A stretch of 64,000 nt of DNA. Source: Escherichia coli (lineage in GTDB: Bacteria > Pseudomonadota > Gammaproteobacteria > Enterobacterales > Enterobacteriaceae). The notes below the pieces were generated by a model. It saw only the letters and a program-made list of their open reading frames with translations, did not search any database and was not told where the DNA came from. Of this stretch, positions 14,018-23,402 are shown in pieces. The stretch lies in assembly GCF_030384885.1 (NCBI RefSeq), contig NZ_CP128613.1; one strand, written 5' to 3'. The position numbers and the translations under genes are program-made. The first letter of the stretch is position 1. Every line of letters begins with the position of its first letter.

Positions 14018-14867
14018 ACGTGACGCCGGGCGCGAGGCGCTGGAGAAAAAAGGCTGGTGGCGCAGTCACCGTTGGCTGGTGTTGCGTCGCCTTTGTCAGT
14101 TCTTCGTGCTGGGAATGTTTTTGAGCGGCCCGTGGTTTGGTGTGTGGATCTTGCACGGCAACTACAGCAGTAGCTTGTTATTCGACACCGTTCCACTGAC
14201 CGATCCGCTGATGACGTTGCAAAGTCTTGCCAGCGGTCATCTGCCTGCCACGGTGGCGCTGACCGGTGCGGTGATTATCACCGTGCTCTACGCCCTGGCA
14301 GGAAAGCGATTATTTTGCAGCTGGGTCTGCCCGCTGAACCCGATTACCGATTTAGCAAACTGGTTACGCAGGCGTTTTGACCTCAATCAGTCTGCGACGA
14401 TCCCACGCCACATCCGCTACGTGCTGTTGGTGGTCATTCTGGTGGGTTCGGCCTTAACCGGCACGCTCATCTGGGAATGGATCAACCCCGTTTCCCTGAT
14501 GGGGCGCAGCCTGGTAATGGGATTCGGCAGCGGCGCGCTGCTTATTCTCGCGCTGTTTTTATTTGATCTACTGGTCGTTGAACACGGCTGGTGCGGGCAC
14601 ATTTGTCCGGTTGGTGCACTGTATGGCGTGCTGGGTAGTAAAGGTGTGATTACCGTTGCGGCCACCGATCGGCAGAAATGTAACCGCTGTATGGATTGTT
14701 TTCATGTTTGCCCGGAACCGCATGTGCTACGTGCCCCGGTGCTGGATGAACAAAGCCCGGTGCAGGTCACCAGCCGCGATTGCATGACGTGCGGTCGCTG
14801 CGTGGATGTCTGTTCTGAGGATGTATTTACAATAACTACACGATGGAGTTCGGGAGCGAAATCATGA
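14004..14867 (+). CDS. napH: Ferredoxin-type membrane protein NapH
   Basis: 287-aa ORF; TM helices plus C-terminal CxxCxxCxxxCP motifs. Confidence 0.9.
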
Positions 14868-15313
14868 AAAGCCATGACCTGAAGAAAGCGCTGTGTCAAT
14901 GGACGGCGATGCTGGCCCTGGTGGTAAGCGGCGCGGTTTGGGCGGCTAATGGCGTCGATTTTAGCCAGTCGCCGGAAGTATCCGGGACGCAGGAAGGGGC
15001 CATTCGGATGCCAAAAGAGCAGGATCGGATGCCGCTGAACTATGTGAATCAGCCGCCAATGATCCCGCATAGCGTTGAAGGTTATCAGGTAACGACCAAT
15101 ACCAACCGTTGCTTGCAATGCCACGGTGTCGAAAGCTATCGCACCACTGGCGCGCCGCGCATCAGTCCTACTCACTTTATGGACAGCGACGGCAAAGTGG
15201 GCGCAGAAGTGGCTCCACGTCGTTACTTCTGTCTGCAATGCCACGTGCCGCAGGCTGATACCGCGCCAATCGTGGGGAATACCTTTACCCCGTCAAAAGG
15301 TTACGGGAAATAA
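14864..15313 (+). CDS. napB: Diheme cytochrome c NapB
   Basis: 149 aa from ATG at 14864 (overlaps napH stop as ATGA); two CxxCH heme motifs (CLQCH). Confidence 0.9.
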   Translation: MKSHDLKKALCQWTAMLALVVSGAVWAANGVDFSQSPEVSGTQEGAIRMPKEQDRMPLNYVNQPPMIPHSVEGYQVTTNTNRCLQCHGVESYRTTGAPRISPTHFMDSDGKVGAEVAPRRYFCLQCHVPQADTAPIVGNTFTPSKGYGK

Positions 15314-15322
15314 GAGGTTATT

Positions 15323-15925
15323 ATGGGAAATTCTGACCGTAAGCCTGGTCTGATTAAGCGCCTGTGGAAATGGTGGCGTACCCCCAGCCGTCTGGCGCTA
15401 GGGACGCTGCTGTTGATCGGTTTTGTCGGCGGCATCGTTTTCTGGGGCGGCTTTAACACCGGGATGGAAAAAGCCAATACCGAAGAGTTCTGCATTAGCT
15501 GCCACGAAATGCGTAACACGGTGTATCAGGAATACATGGATTCCGTGCACTACAACAACCGTAGCGGCGTCCGTGCGACCTGTCCGGATTGTCACGTTCC
15601 GCACGAGTTTGTGCCGAAGATGATACGCAAGCTCAAAGCAAGTAAAGAGCTGTATGGTAAAATTTTTGGCGTTATTGACACGCCGCAGAAATTTGAAGCT
15701 CATCGCCTGACGATGGCACAGAATGAGTGGCGGCGCATGAAGGACAATAACTCGCAGGAGTGTCGTAACTGTCACAACTTCGAGTATATGGATACAACCG
15801 CCCAGAAATCAGTTGCCGCTAAGATGCACGACCAGGCGGTGAAAGATGGGCAAACCTGTATTGATTGCCATAAAGGGATAGCGCACAAGCTGCCCGATAT
15901 GCGCGAAGTCGAGCCAGGTTTTTAA
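15323..15925 (+). CDS. napC: Tetraheme cytochrome c NapC (NapC/NirT family)
   Basis: 200-aa ORF with four CxxCH motifs (CISCH, CPDCH, CRNCH, CIDCH). Confidence 0.9.
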   Translation: MGNSDRKPGLIKRLWKWWRTPSRLALGTLLLIGFVGGIVFWGGFNTGMEKANTEEFCISCHEMRNTVYQEYMDSVHYNNRSGVRATCPDCHVPHEFVPKMIRKLKASKELYGKIFGVIDTPQKFEAHRLTMAQNEWRRMKDNNSQECRNCHNFEYMDTTAQKSVAAKMHDQAVKDGQTCIDCHKGIAHKLPDMREVEPGF

Positions 15926-15937
15926 CAGGGTTATTGC

Positions 15938-16561
15938 GTGGGTATGCTTGAAGCCAGAGAGTTACTTTGCGAGCGGGATGAACGAACCTTATTTAGTGGC
16001 TTGTCATTTACGCTGAACGCAGGCGAGTGGGTACAAATCACCGGTAGCAACGGCGCGGGGAAGACAACGCTTCTCCGTTTGCTGACGGGGTTGTCTCGCC
16101 CTGACGCAGGCGAGGTTCTCTGGCAAGGGCAGCCCTTGCATCAGGTACGCGACAGCTACCATCAAAACCTGTTATGGATAGGCCATCAGCCGGGGATCAA
16201 AACCCGGCTGACGGCGTTAGAAAATCTGCACTTTTATCATCGCGATGGCGATACCGCACAATGTCTGGAAGCCCTGGCGCAGGCCGGGCTTGCCGGATTC
16301 GAAGATATTCCTGTAAATCAACTTTCTGCCGGGCAACAACGCCGCGTCGCTTTAGCGCGTCTGTGGCTGACCCGTGCCACGTTATGGATACTCGACGAGC
16401 CTTTTACCGCGATTGACGTTAACGGCGTCGATCGTCTGACCCAGCGTATGGCGCAGCATACGGAGCAGGGGGGGATTGTGATTCTGACTACCCACCAGCC
16501 GCTCAACGTTACTGAAAGTAAAATCCGCCGCATTTCACTGACGAAAACGAGGGCCGAATAA
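15938..16561 (+). CDS. ccmA: Heme exporter ATP-binding protein CcmA
   Basis: 207-aa ORF; Walker [10 protein letters not shown]; LSAGQQRR signature. Confidence 0.9.
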   Translation: MGMLEARELLCERDERTLFSGLSFTLNAGEWVQITGSNGAGKTTLLRLLTGLSRPDAGEVLWQGQPLHQVRDSYHQNLLWIGHQPGIKTRLTALENLHFYHRDGDTAQCLEALAQAGLAGFEDIPVNQLSAGQQRRVALARLWLTRATLWILDEPFTAIDVNGVDRLTQRMAQHTEQGGIVILTTHQPLNVTESKIRRISLTKTRAE

Positions 16562-17220
16562 TGTTCTGGCGTATTTTCCGTCTTGAACTGCGCGTGGCGT
16601 TTCGCCATAGCGCCGAAATCGCCAACCCGCTGTGGTTCTTCCTGATTGTTATTACCCTTTTTCCGCTCAGTATCGGTCCGGAGCCGCAACTGCTCGCGCG
16701 TATTGCCCCTGGCATTATCTGGGTTGCAGCGCTGCTTTCATCCTTGCTGGCACTGGAACGACTGTTCCGTGACGATTTGCAGGACGGCAGTCTTGAACAA
16801 TTGATGTTGTTGCCGTTACCCTTGCCCGCCGTTGTGCTGGCGAAGGTGATGGCGCACTGGATGGTAACAGGTCTGCCGTTGCTCATCCTTTCGCCTCTGG
16901 TAGCAATGCTACTGGGAATGGATGTTTATGGCTGGCAAGTGATGGCGCTGACGCTGCTGCTGGGAACCCCAACGCTTGGTTTTCTCGGTGCACCGGGCGT
17001 GGCGCTGACAGTGGGACTTAAACGCGGTGGTGTGCTGCTCAGCATACTGGTGTTACCGCTGACTATCCCATTGCTCATCTTTGCCACCGCCGCGATGGAC
17101 GCGGCTTCGATGCATTTGCCCGTTGACGGGTATCTGGCAATTTTAGGCGCGTTGCTGGCAGGCACCGCGACATTAAGTCCTTTTGCGACGGCGGCAGCGT
17201 TACGAATCAGCATTCAATAA
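16561..17220 (+). CDS. ccmB: Heme exporter membrane protein CcmB
   Basis: 219-aa polytopic membrane ORF; ATG overlaps ccmA TAA by 1 nt. Confidence 0.9.
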   Translation: MFWRIFRLELRVAFRHSAEIANPLWFFLIVITLFPLSIGPEPQLLARIAPGIIWVAALLSSLLALERLFRDDLQDGSLEQLMLLPLPLPAVVLAKVMAHWMVTGLPLLILSPLVAMLLGMDVYGWQVMALTLLLGTPTLGFLGAPGVALTVGLKRGGVLLSILVLPLTIPLLIFATAAMDAASMHLPVDGYLAILGALLAGTATLSPFATAAALRISIQ

Positions 17221-17261
17221 CGCTGGATTACTGATTTTTGTTCGAGTCTGGTATCGAAACT

Positions 17262-17999
17262 ATGTGGAAAACACTGCATCAACTGGCGATCCCACCACGG
17301 CTGTATCAAATCTGTGGCTGGTTTATACCGTGGCTGGCAATTGCCAGTGTGGTCGTGCTTACCGTCGGCTGGATCTGGGGATTCGGCTTTGCTCCGGCTG
17401 ATTATCAGCAGGGAAATAGCTATCGCATTATCTACCTGCATGTGCCTGCGGCGATCTGGTCTATGGGCATTTATGCATCAATGGCGGTGGCGGCGTTTAT
17501 TGGCCTTGTCTGGCAGATGAAAATGGCCAACCTGGCGGTGGCGGCGATGGCCCCCATTGGTGCCGTATTTACCTTTATTGCCCTGGTTACCGGCTCTGCA
17601 TGGGGAAAACCGATGTGGGGCACCTGGTGGGTATGGGATGCACGCCTGACTTCTGAACTGGTGCTGCTGTTTTTGTATGTGGGTGTGATTGCCCTGTGGC
17701 ACGCCTTCGACGACCGCCGTCTGGCAGGCCGTGCGGCAGGTATTCTGGTGCTGATTGGCGTGGTGAACCTGCCGATTATTCATTACTCCGTGGAGTGGTG
17801 GAACACCCTGCATCAGGGATCAACGCGGATGCAGCAAAGTATCGATCCGGCGATGCGTTCGCCGCTGCGCTGGTCGATTTTTGGCTTCCTGCTGCTGTCT
17901 GCCACGCTGACGCTGATGCGGATGCGTAATTTAATTTTGCTGATGGAAAAACGCCGTCCGTGGGTGAGTGAACTGATACTGAAAAGAGGCCGTAAATGA
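17262..17999 (+). CDS. ccmC: Heme exporter protein CcmC
   Basis: 245 aa from ATG at 17262 (MWKTLHQLAIPP...); WGxxWxWD tryptophan-rich motif; track ORF begins at an upstream TTG. Confidence 0.9.
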   Translation: MWKTLHQLAIPPRLYQICGWFIPWLAIASVVVLTVGWIWGFGFAPADYQQGNSYRIIYLHVPAAIWSMGIYASMAVAAFIGLVWQMKMANLAVAAMAPIGAVFTFIALVTGSAWGKPMWGTWWVWDARLTSELVLLFLYVGVIALWHAFDDRRLAGRAAGILVLIGVVNLPIIHYSVEWWNTLHQGSTRMQQSIDPAMRSPLRWSIFGFLLLSATLTLMRMRNLILLMEKRRPWVSELILKRGRK

Positions 18000-18205
18000 C
18001 CCCTGCATTTGCTTCCTGGAATGAATTTTTCGCAATGGGCGGTTACGCCTTTTTTGTCTGGCTGGCGGTGGTGATGACCGTTATTCCGCTGGTGGTTTTG
18101 GTCGTGCACTCGGTGATGCAGCATCGCGCAATTCTGCGTGGCGTGGCGCAACAGCGGGCGCGTGAGGCGCGTTTACGTGCTGCGCAACAGCAGGAGGCTG
18201 CATGA
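17996..18205 (+). CDS. ccmD: Heme exporter small subunit CcmD
   Basis: 69-aa ORF with 4-nt overlaps to ccmC and ccmE. Confidence 0.85.
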
Positions 18206-18681
18206 ATATTCGCCGTAAAAACCGCTTGTGGATTGCCTGTGCCGTGCTGGCGGGGCTGGCGCTGACTATCGGCCTGGTGTTGTATGCGCTGCGCTCGAAT
18301 ATCGATCTTTTTTATACGCCGGGGGAAATTCTCTACGGCAAGCGTGAAACTCAACAGATGCCGGAAGTCGGTCAGCGTCTGCGCGTTGGCGGGATGGTAA
18401 TGCCGGGTAGCGTACAGCGCGATCCCAATTCGCTGAAAGTAACGTTCACCATTTACGACGCTGAAGGCTCAGTGGATGTCTCTTACGAAGGCATTTTGCC
18501 GGATCTGTTCCGTGAAGGGCAGGGCGTTGTGGTGCAGGGTGAACTGGAAAAAGGCAATCATATCCTCGCGAAAGAAGTGCTGGCGAAACACGATGAAAAC
18601 TACACGCCGCCAGAAGTCGAGAAAGCGATGGAAGCTAATCACCGTCGCCCGGCGAGTGTTTATAAGGACCCAGCATCATGA
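18202..18681 (+). CDS. ccmE: Cytochrome c-type biogenesis heme chaperone CcmE
   Basis: 159-aa ORF with N-terminal TM anchor. Confidence 0.9.
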
Positions 18682-20621
18682 TGCCAGAAATTGGTAACGG
18701 ACTGCTATGCCTGGCGCTAGGAATTGCGCTGTTGCTGTCCGTGTATCCGCTATGGGGCGTGGCGCGCGGGGATGCGCGCATGATGGCTTCTTCGCGCTTG
18801 TTTGCCTGGCTGCTATTTATGTCTGTGGCTGGCGCATTTCTGGTGCTGGTCAATGCTTTCGTGGTGAATGACTTTACTGTCACCTATGTTGCCAGCAACT
18901 CCAATACCCAGCTTCCGGTGTGGTATCGCGTAGCGGCAACCTGGGGTGCGCATGAAGGCTCGCTACTGCTGTGGGTGCTGCTGATGAGCGGCTGGACCTT
19001 TGCGGTGGCGATTTTTAGTCAGCGTATTCCGCTAGATATTGTGGCCCGTGTACTGGCGATAATGGGGATGGTCAGTGTCGGCTTTTTGTTGTTCATTCTC
19101 TTTACCTCTAACCCGTTCTCACGCACGTTGCCGAACTTCCCGATTGAAGGGCGCGATCTTAACCCGCTGTTGCAGGATCCAGGGCTGATCTTCCATCCGC
19201 CTCTGCTCTATATGGGGTACGTCGGTTTCTCGGTGGCGTTTGCTTTTGCCATTGCTTCTTTGCTGAGTGGGCGTCTGGACAGCACTTACGCACGCTTTAC
19301 CCGTCCGTGGACGCTGGCGGCGTGGATCTTCCTGACGCTCGGCATTGTGCTCGGTTCCGCATGGGCCTATTACGAACTCGGCTGGGGCGGCTGGTGGTTC
19401 TGGGATCCGGTAGAAAACGCCTCGTTTATGCCGTGGCTGGTGGGGACTGCGCTGATGCACTCACTGGCGGTCACTGAACAACGCGCCAGCTTCAAAGCGT
19501 GGACATTACTGCTGGCAATCAGTGCCTTCTCGTTGTGTCTGTTGGGGACTTTCCTCGTGCGTTCCGGCGTGCTGGTATCGGTACACGCGTTTGCGTCTGA
19601 TCCGGCGCGCGGTATGTTTATCCTCGCTTTTATGGTGCTGGTGATTGGCGGTTCGCTGCTGCTGTTTGCCGCGCGTGGACACAAAGTTCGCTCACGCGTA
19701 AACAATGCGCTGTGGTCGCGGGAATCTCTGCTGTTAGCGAACAACGTTTTGCTGGTCGCCGCAATGCTGGTGGTATTGCTGGGGACGCTGCTGCCGCTGG
19801 TGCACAAGCAACTGGGACTGGGCAGCATTTCGATTGGCGAACCGTTCTTCAACACCATGTTTACCTGGCTGATGGTGCCGTTTGCGCTACTGCTGGGTGT
19901 CGGTCCTCTGGTGCGCTGGGGGCGCGATCGCCCACGTAAAATCCGCAATTTATTGATTATCGCCTTCATCTCTACGCTGGTGCTGTCTCTGCTGTTGCCG
20001 TGGCTGTTCGAAAGCAAAGTTGTGGCGATGACGGTGCTCGGCCTGGCAATGGCCTGCTGGATTGCGGTGCTGGCAATTGCGGAAGCTGCGCAGCGTATTT
20101 CACGCGGCACGAAAACCACCTTTAGTTATTGGGGCATGGTGGCGGCTCACCTGGGGCTGGCAGTAACAATTGTTGGTATTGCCTTTAGCCAGAACTATAG
20201 CGTTGAGCGTGATGTGCGCATGAAGTCCGGCGATAGCGTCGATATTCATGAATATCGCTTCACCTTCCGTGATGTCAAAGAGGTGACTGGCCCGAACTGG
20301 CGCGGCGGTGTGGCGACTATCGGCGTAACGCGCGATGGCAAGCCGGAAACGGTGCTGTATGCGGAAAAACGTTATTACAACACTGCAGGGTCGATGATGA
20401 CCGAAGCGGCGATTGACGGCGGCATCACGCGTGACCTGTACGCCGCGCTCGGTGAAGAGCTGGAAAACGGCGCGTGGGCTGTGCGTCTTTACTACAAACC
20501 GTTTGTTCGCTGGATTTGGGCGGGCGGGCTGATGATGGCGTTGGGCGGGCTGCTGTGCCTGTTTGATCCTCGCTATCGTAAGCGCGTGAACCCGCAGAAA
20601 ACTGCGCCGGAGGCTGTATGA
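18678..20621 (+). CDS. ccmF: Cytochrome c-type biogenesis protein CcmF
   Basis: 647-aa polytopic ORF with W-rich motif [12 protein letters not shown]. Confidence 0.9.
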
Positions 20622-21175
20622 AGCGCAAAGTATTGTTAATTCCTTTGATTATCTTCCTGGCGATTGCCGCGGCGCTGCTGTGGCAGCTGGCGCGTAATGC
20701 CGAAGGGGATGATCCGACCAATCTGGAATCGGCGCTCATTGGCAAGCCGGTGCCGAAGTTTCGCCTCGAATCACTGGACAACCCGGGGCAGTTTTATCAG
20801 GCGGATGTGCTGACTCAGGGCAAACCAGTGCTGCTTAACGTCTGGGCGACCTGGTGTCCGACCTGCCGTGCGGAACATCAATATCTGAATCAGCTTTCTG
20901 CGCAGGGCATCCGAGTGGTCGGCATGAACTATAAAGACGATCGCCAGAAGGCAATCAGCTGGCTGAAAGAGCTGGGCAATCCTTACGCACTAAGCCTGTT
21001 TGATGGCGACGGCATGTTAGGGCTGGATCTCGGTGTCTATGGTGCACCAGAAACGTTCCTCATCGACGGCAACGGCATCATTCGCTATCGCCATGCGGGT
21101 GATCTCAATCCCCGCGTCTGGCAAGAAGAGATCAAGCCGCTGTGGGAGAAATACAGTAAGGAGGCCGCACAATGA
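20618..21175 (+). CDS. ccmG: Thiol:disulfide interchange protein CcmG (DsbE)
   Basis: 185-aa ORF; thioredoxin motif WCPTC. Confidence 0.9.
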   Translation: MKRKVLLIPLIIFLAIAAALLWQLARNAEGDDPTNLESALIGKPVPKFRLESLDNPGQFYQADVLTQGKPVLLNVWATWCPTCRAEHQYLNQLSAQGIRVVGMNYKDDRQKAISWLKELGNPYALSLFDGDGMLGLDLGVYGAPETFLIDGNGIIRYRHAGDLNPRVWQEEIKPLWEKYSKEAAQ

Positions 21176-22224
21176 GGTTTTTATTGGGCGTGCTGATGCT
21201 GATGATCTCCGGCTCAGCGCTGGCGACCATCGACGTGTTGCAGTTTAAAGATGAAGCACAGGAACAACAGTTTCGTCAGCTTACTGAAGAACTGCGCTGC
21301 CCGAAATGCCAGAATAACAGCATTGCTGATTCCAACTCGATGATTGCCACCGACCTGCGCCAGAAAGTGTACGAACTGATGCAGGAAGGTAAAAGCAAGA
21401 AAGAGATTGTCGATTATATGGTGGCGCGCTATGGCAACTTCGTCACTTACGACCCGCCGTTAACGCCGCTGACCGTGCTGCTGTGGGTGCTTCCGGTAGT
21501 GGCTATTGGCATTGGCGGTTGGGTCATTTACGCCCGTTCGCGGCGTCGGGTACGCGTGGTGCCGGAAGCGTTTCCTGAACAAAGCGTGCCGGAAGGTAAG
21601 CGTGCCGGATATGTTGTTTATCTGCCGGGTATTGTGGTGGCGTTAATTGTGGCTGGCGTCAGCTACTACCAGACCGGCAATTATCAGCAGGTGAAAATCT
21701 GGCAGCAGGCCACGGCACAGGCGCCGGCGTTATTGGACAGGGCGCTGGATCCGAAAGCCGATCCGCTCAACGAAGAAGAGATGTCCCGCCTTGCGCTGGG
21801 GATGCGTACTCAACTGCAAAAAAATCCGGGAGATATAGAAGGCTGGATTATGTTGGGACGCGTTGGCATGGCGCTGGGTAACGCCAGTATCGCCACCGAT
21901 GCATACGCCACTGCGTATCGCCTCGATCCGAAGAACAGTGATGCCGCACTCGGATACGCTGAAGCGTTGACTCGTTCATCTGATCCCAACGACAACCGCC
22001 TCGGCGGCGAACTGCTACGCCAGTTGGTGAGAACGGACCATAGCAATATCCGTGTGTTAAGCATGTATGCGTTTAATGCCTTTGAGCAGCAGCGATTTGG
22101 CGAAGCCGTTGCCGCGTGGGAGATGATGTTGAAACTCTTACCTGCCAACGATACTCGCCGTGCGGTGATTGAACGTAGTATCGCGCAGGCGATGCAACAC
22201 TTATCACCACAGGAGAGTAAATAA
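21172..22224 (+). CDS. ccmH: Cytochrome c-type biogenesis protein CcmH (CcmH-CcmI fusion)
   Basis: 350-aa ORF; LRCPKCQ motif; TPR-like C-terminal half. Confidence 0.9.
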   Translation: MRFLLGVLMLMISGSALATIDVLQFKDEAQEQQFRQLTEELRCPKCQNNSIADSNSMIATDLRQKVYELMQEGKSKKEIVDYMVARYGNFVTYDPPLTPLTVLLWVLPVVAIGIGGWVIYARSRRRVRVVPEAFPEQSVPEGKRAGYVVYLPGIVVALIVAGVSYYQTGNYQQVKIWQQATAQAPALLDRALDPKADPLNEEEMSRLALGMRTQLQKNPGDIEGWIMLGRVGMALGNASIATDAYATAYRLDPKNSDAALGYAEALTRSSDPNDNRLGGELLRQLVRTDHSNIRVLSMYAFNAFEQQRFGEAVAAWEMMLKLLPANDTRRAVIERSIAQAMQHLSPQESK

Positions 22225-22283
22225 GAACAAGCCCGATGGTGATGCCATTGGGCCAGACTGATGGCAAAGTGCGCTTTGTTTAT

Positions 22284-22381
22284 GCCAGATGCGGCGTAAA
22301 CGCCTTATTCAGCCTACAAAATCGTGCGAACTCAATACATTGCTCGATCCGCGTAGGCCTGATAAGCGTAGCGCATCAGGC
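22284..22381. repeat. REP / BIME pair between ccmH and narP
   Basis: gccagatgcggcgtaaacgccttattcagcctac and inverted cgtaggcctgataagcgtagcgcatcaggc. Confidence 0.75.
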
Positions 22382-22405
22382 AGTTTTGCGTTTGTCATCA
22401 ATATC

Positions 22406-22438
22406 AGCCCGAGGGTAAATCCATCGGGCTATTTTTTT
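22406..22438 (+). terminator. Rho-independent terminator at end of the nap-ccm transcript
   Basis: Hairpin agcccgagggtaaatccatcgggct followed by TTTTTTT; T-run abuts the narP stop. Confidence 0.65.
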
Positions 22439-23084
22439 ATTGTGCCCCACGTTGTTGCAGGAACAGAATGGTGGCCGCCACGCGTGAGCGGACATTGAGT
22501 TTACGCAGCAGATTGCGAATGTGTACTTTTACTGTCTGCTCGGAAATATTCAACACAGAGGCAATCTGTTTATTTGACAGCCCTTGTGCCAGCTCGTGCA
22601 GAACATCCAGCTCGCGCTCCGTCAGCACGCTGAAGGGATCTTCTTCCGCGCCAAACATTTCACGTTCACGTAAGTACTGATTGACGCGTTCGCTAAAGAC
22701 TTTGCTGCCTTTCGCTCCGGCACGAATCGCTTCCAGCAACACTTCCGGGTCGCTGTCTTTCAACAGATAACCGTCTGCGCCTGCGTCTATCAGCGCAAAG
22801 ACATCGCTGGAGGCATCTGATACGGTCAGGATAATAATTTGCGCGGTAACGCCATCCCTGCGCAAGGCATTGAGGGTATCCAGGCCACTCATACCTTTCA
22901 TATTGAGATCCAGCAAGATCACGTCGATATCCAGTCTATTCGCCAGATCGATAGCACTTGCGCCGTCGCCCGCTTCGGCGACCACTTCAAAGCCAGGATC
23001 AAGTTCCAGTAACTGACGAACACCGCGTCGCATAAGTGGATGATCATCCACAATCATCACCTGAAAAGGCGTTGCTTCAGGCAT
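22437..23084 (-). CDS. narP: Nitrate/nitrite response regulator NarP
   Basis: 215 aa from ATG at 23082-23084 (MPEATPFQVMIVDDHPLMRRG...); receiver domain plus LuxR-type HTH. Confidence 0.9.
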   Translation of the reverse strand: MPEATPFQVMIVDDHPLMRRGVRQLLELDPGFEVVAEAGDGASAIDLANRLDIDVILLDLNMKGMSGLDTLNALRRDGVTAQIIILTVSDASSDVFALIDAGADGYLLKDSDPEVLLEAIRAGAKGSKVFSERVNQYLREREMFGAEEDPFSVLTERELDVLHELAQGLSNKQIASVLNISEQTVKVHIRNLLRKLNVRSRVAATILFLQQRGAQ

Positions 23085-23402
23085 AGTAGTCTCCTGAGGT
23101 TTTATTAGAATCATTATGTTTGAGCGTAGCGTTGGTAACGCTACCAGGCGCGTGAATGTTACCCCATTTTATGTATGGACATGTAGTGAAAACTACAACC
23201 TTGTCTTTTGCTTTGGCATCATTTTCATTATAAAGACGGAATTTTGCATCAACTTCCCATCAAGAAAAACAACTAAAAAATCAATCACAATACATGTGCA
23301 TTTCTTTAAACAGTTTTTAAAAACTGACTCCGGGTATGGCGCTATGGGTATTTTCAGTACCCAATGCTTTTACAGCAATTAATTTCATAGGATGAAAGAT
23401 TA

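Noticed and set aside
22284-22381. Palindromic repeats that could be mistaken for a CRISPR array or IS inverted repeats
   Set aside because: Only one or two imperfect REP-type palindromes per site, no regular repeat-spacer periodicity, and no cas or transposase ORF nearby.
23116-23402. Possible IS element or integrase at the narP-yejO-proL locus
   Set aside because: No transposase or integrase ORF and no terminal inverted repeats; the spacer is an AT-rich promoter-like region and the tRNA is followed directly by yejM.
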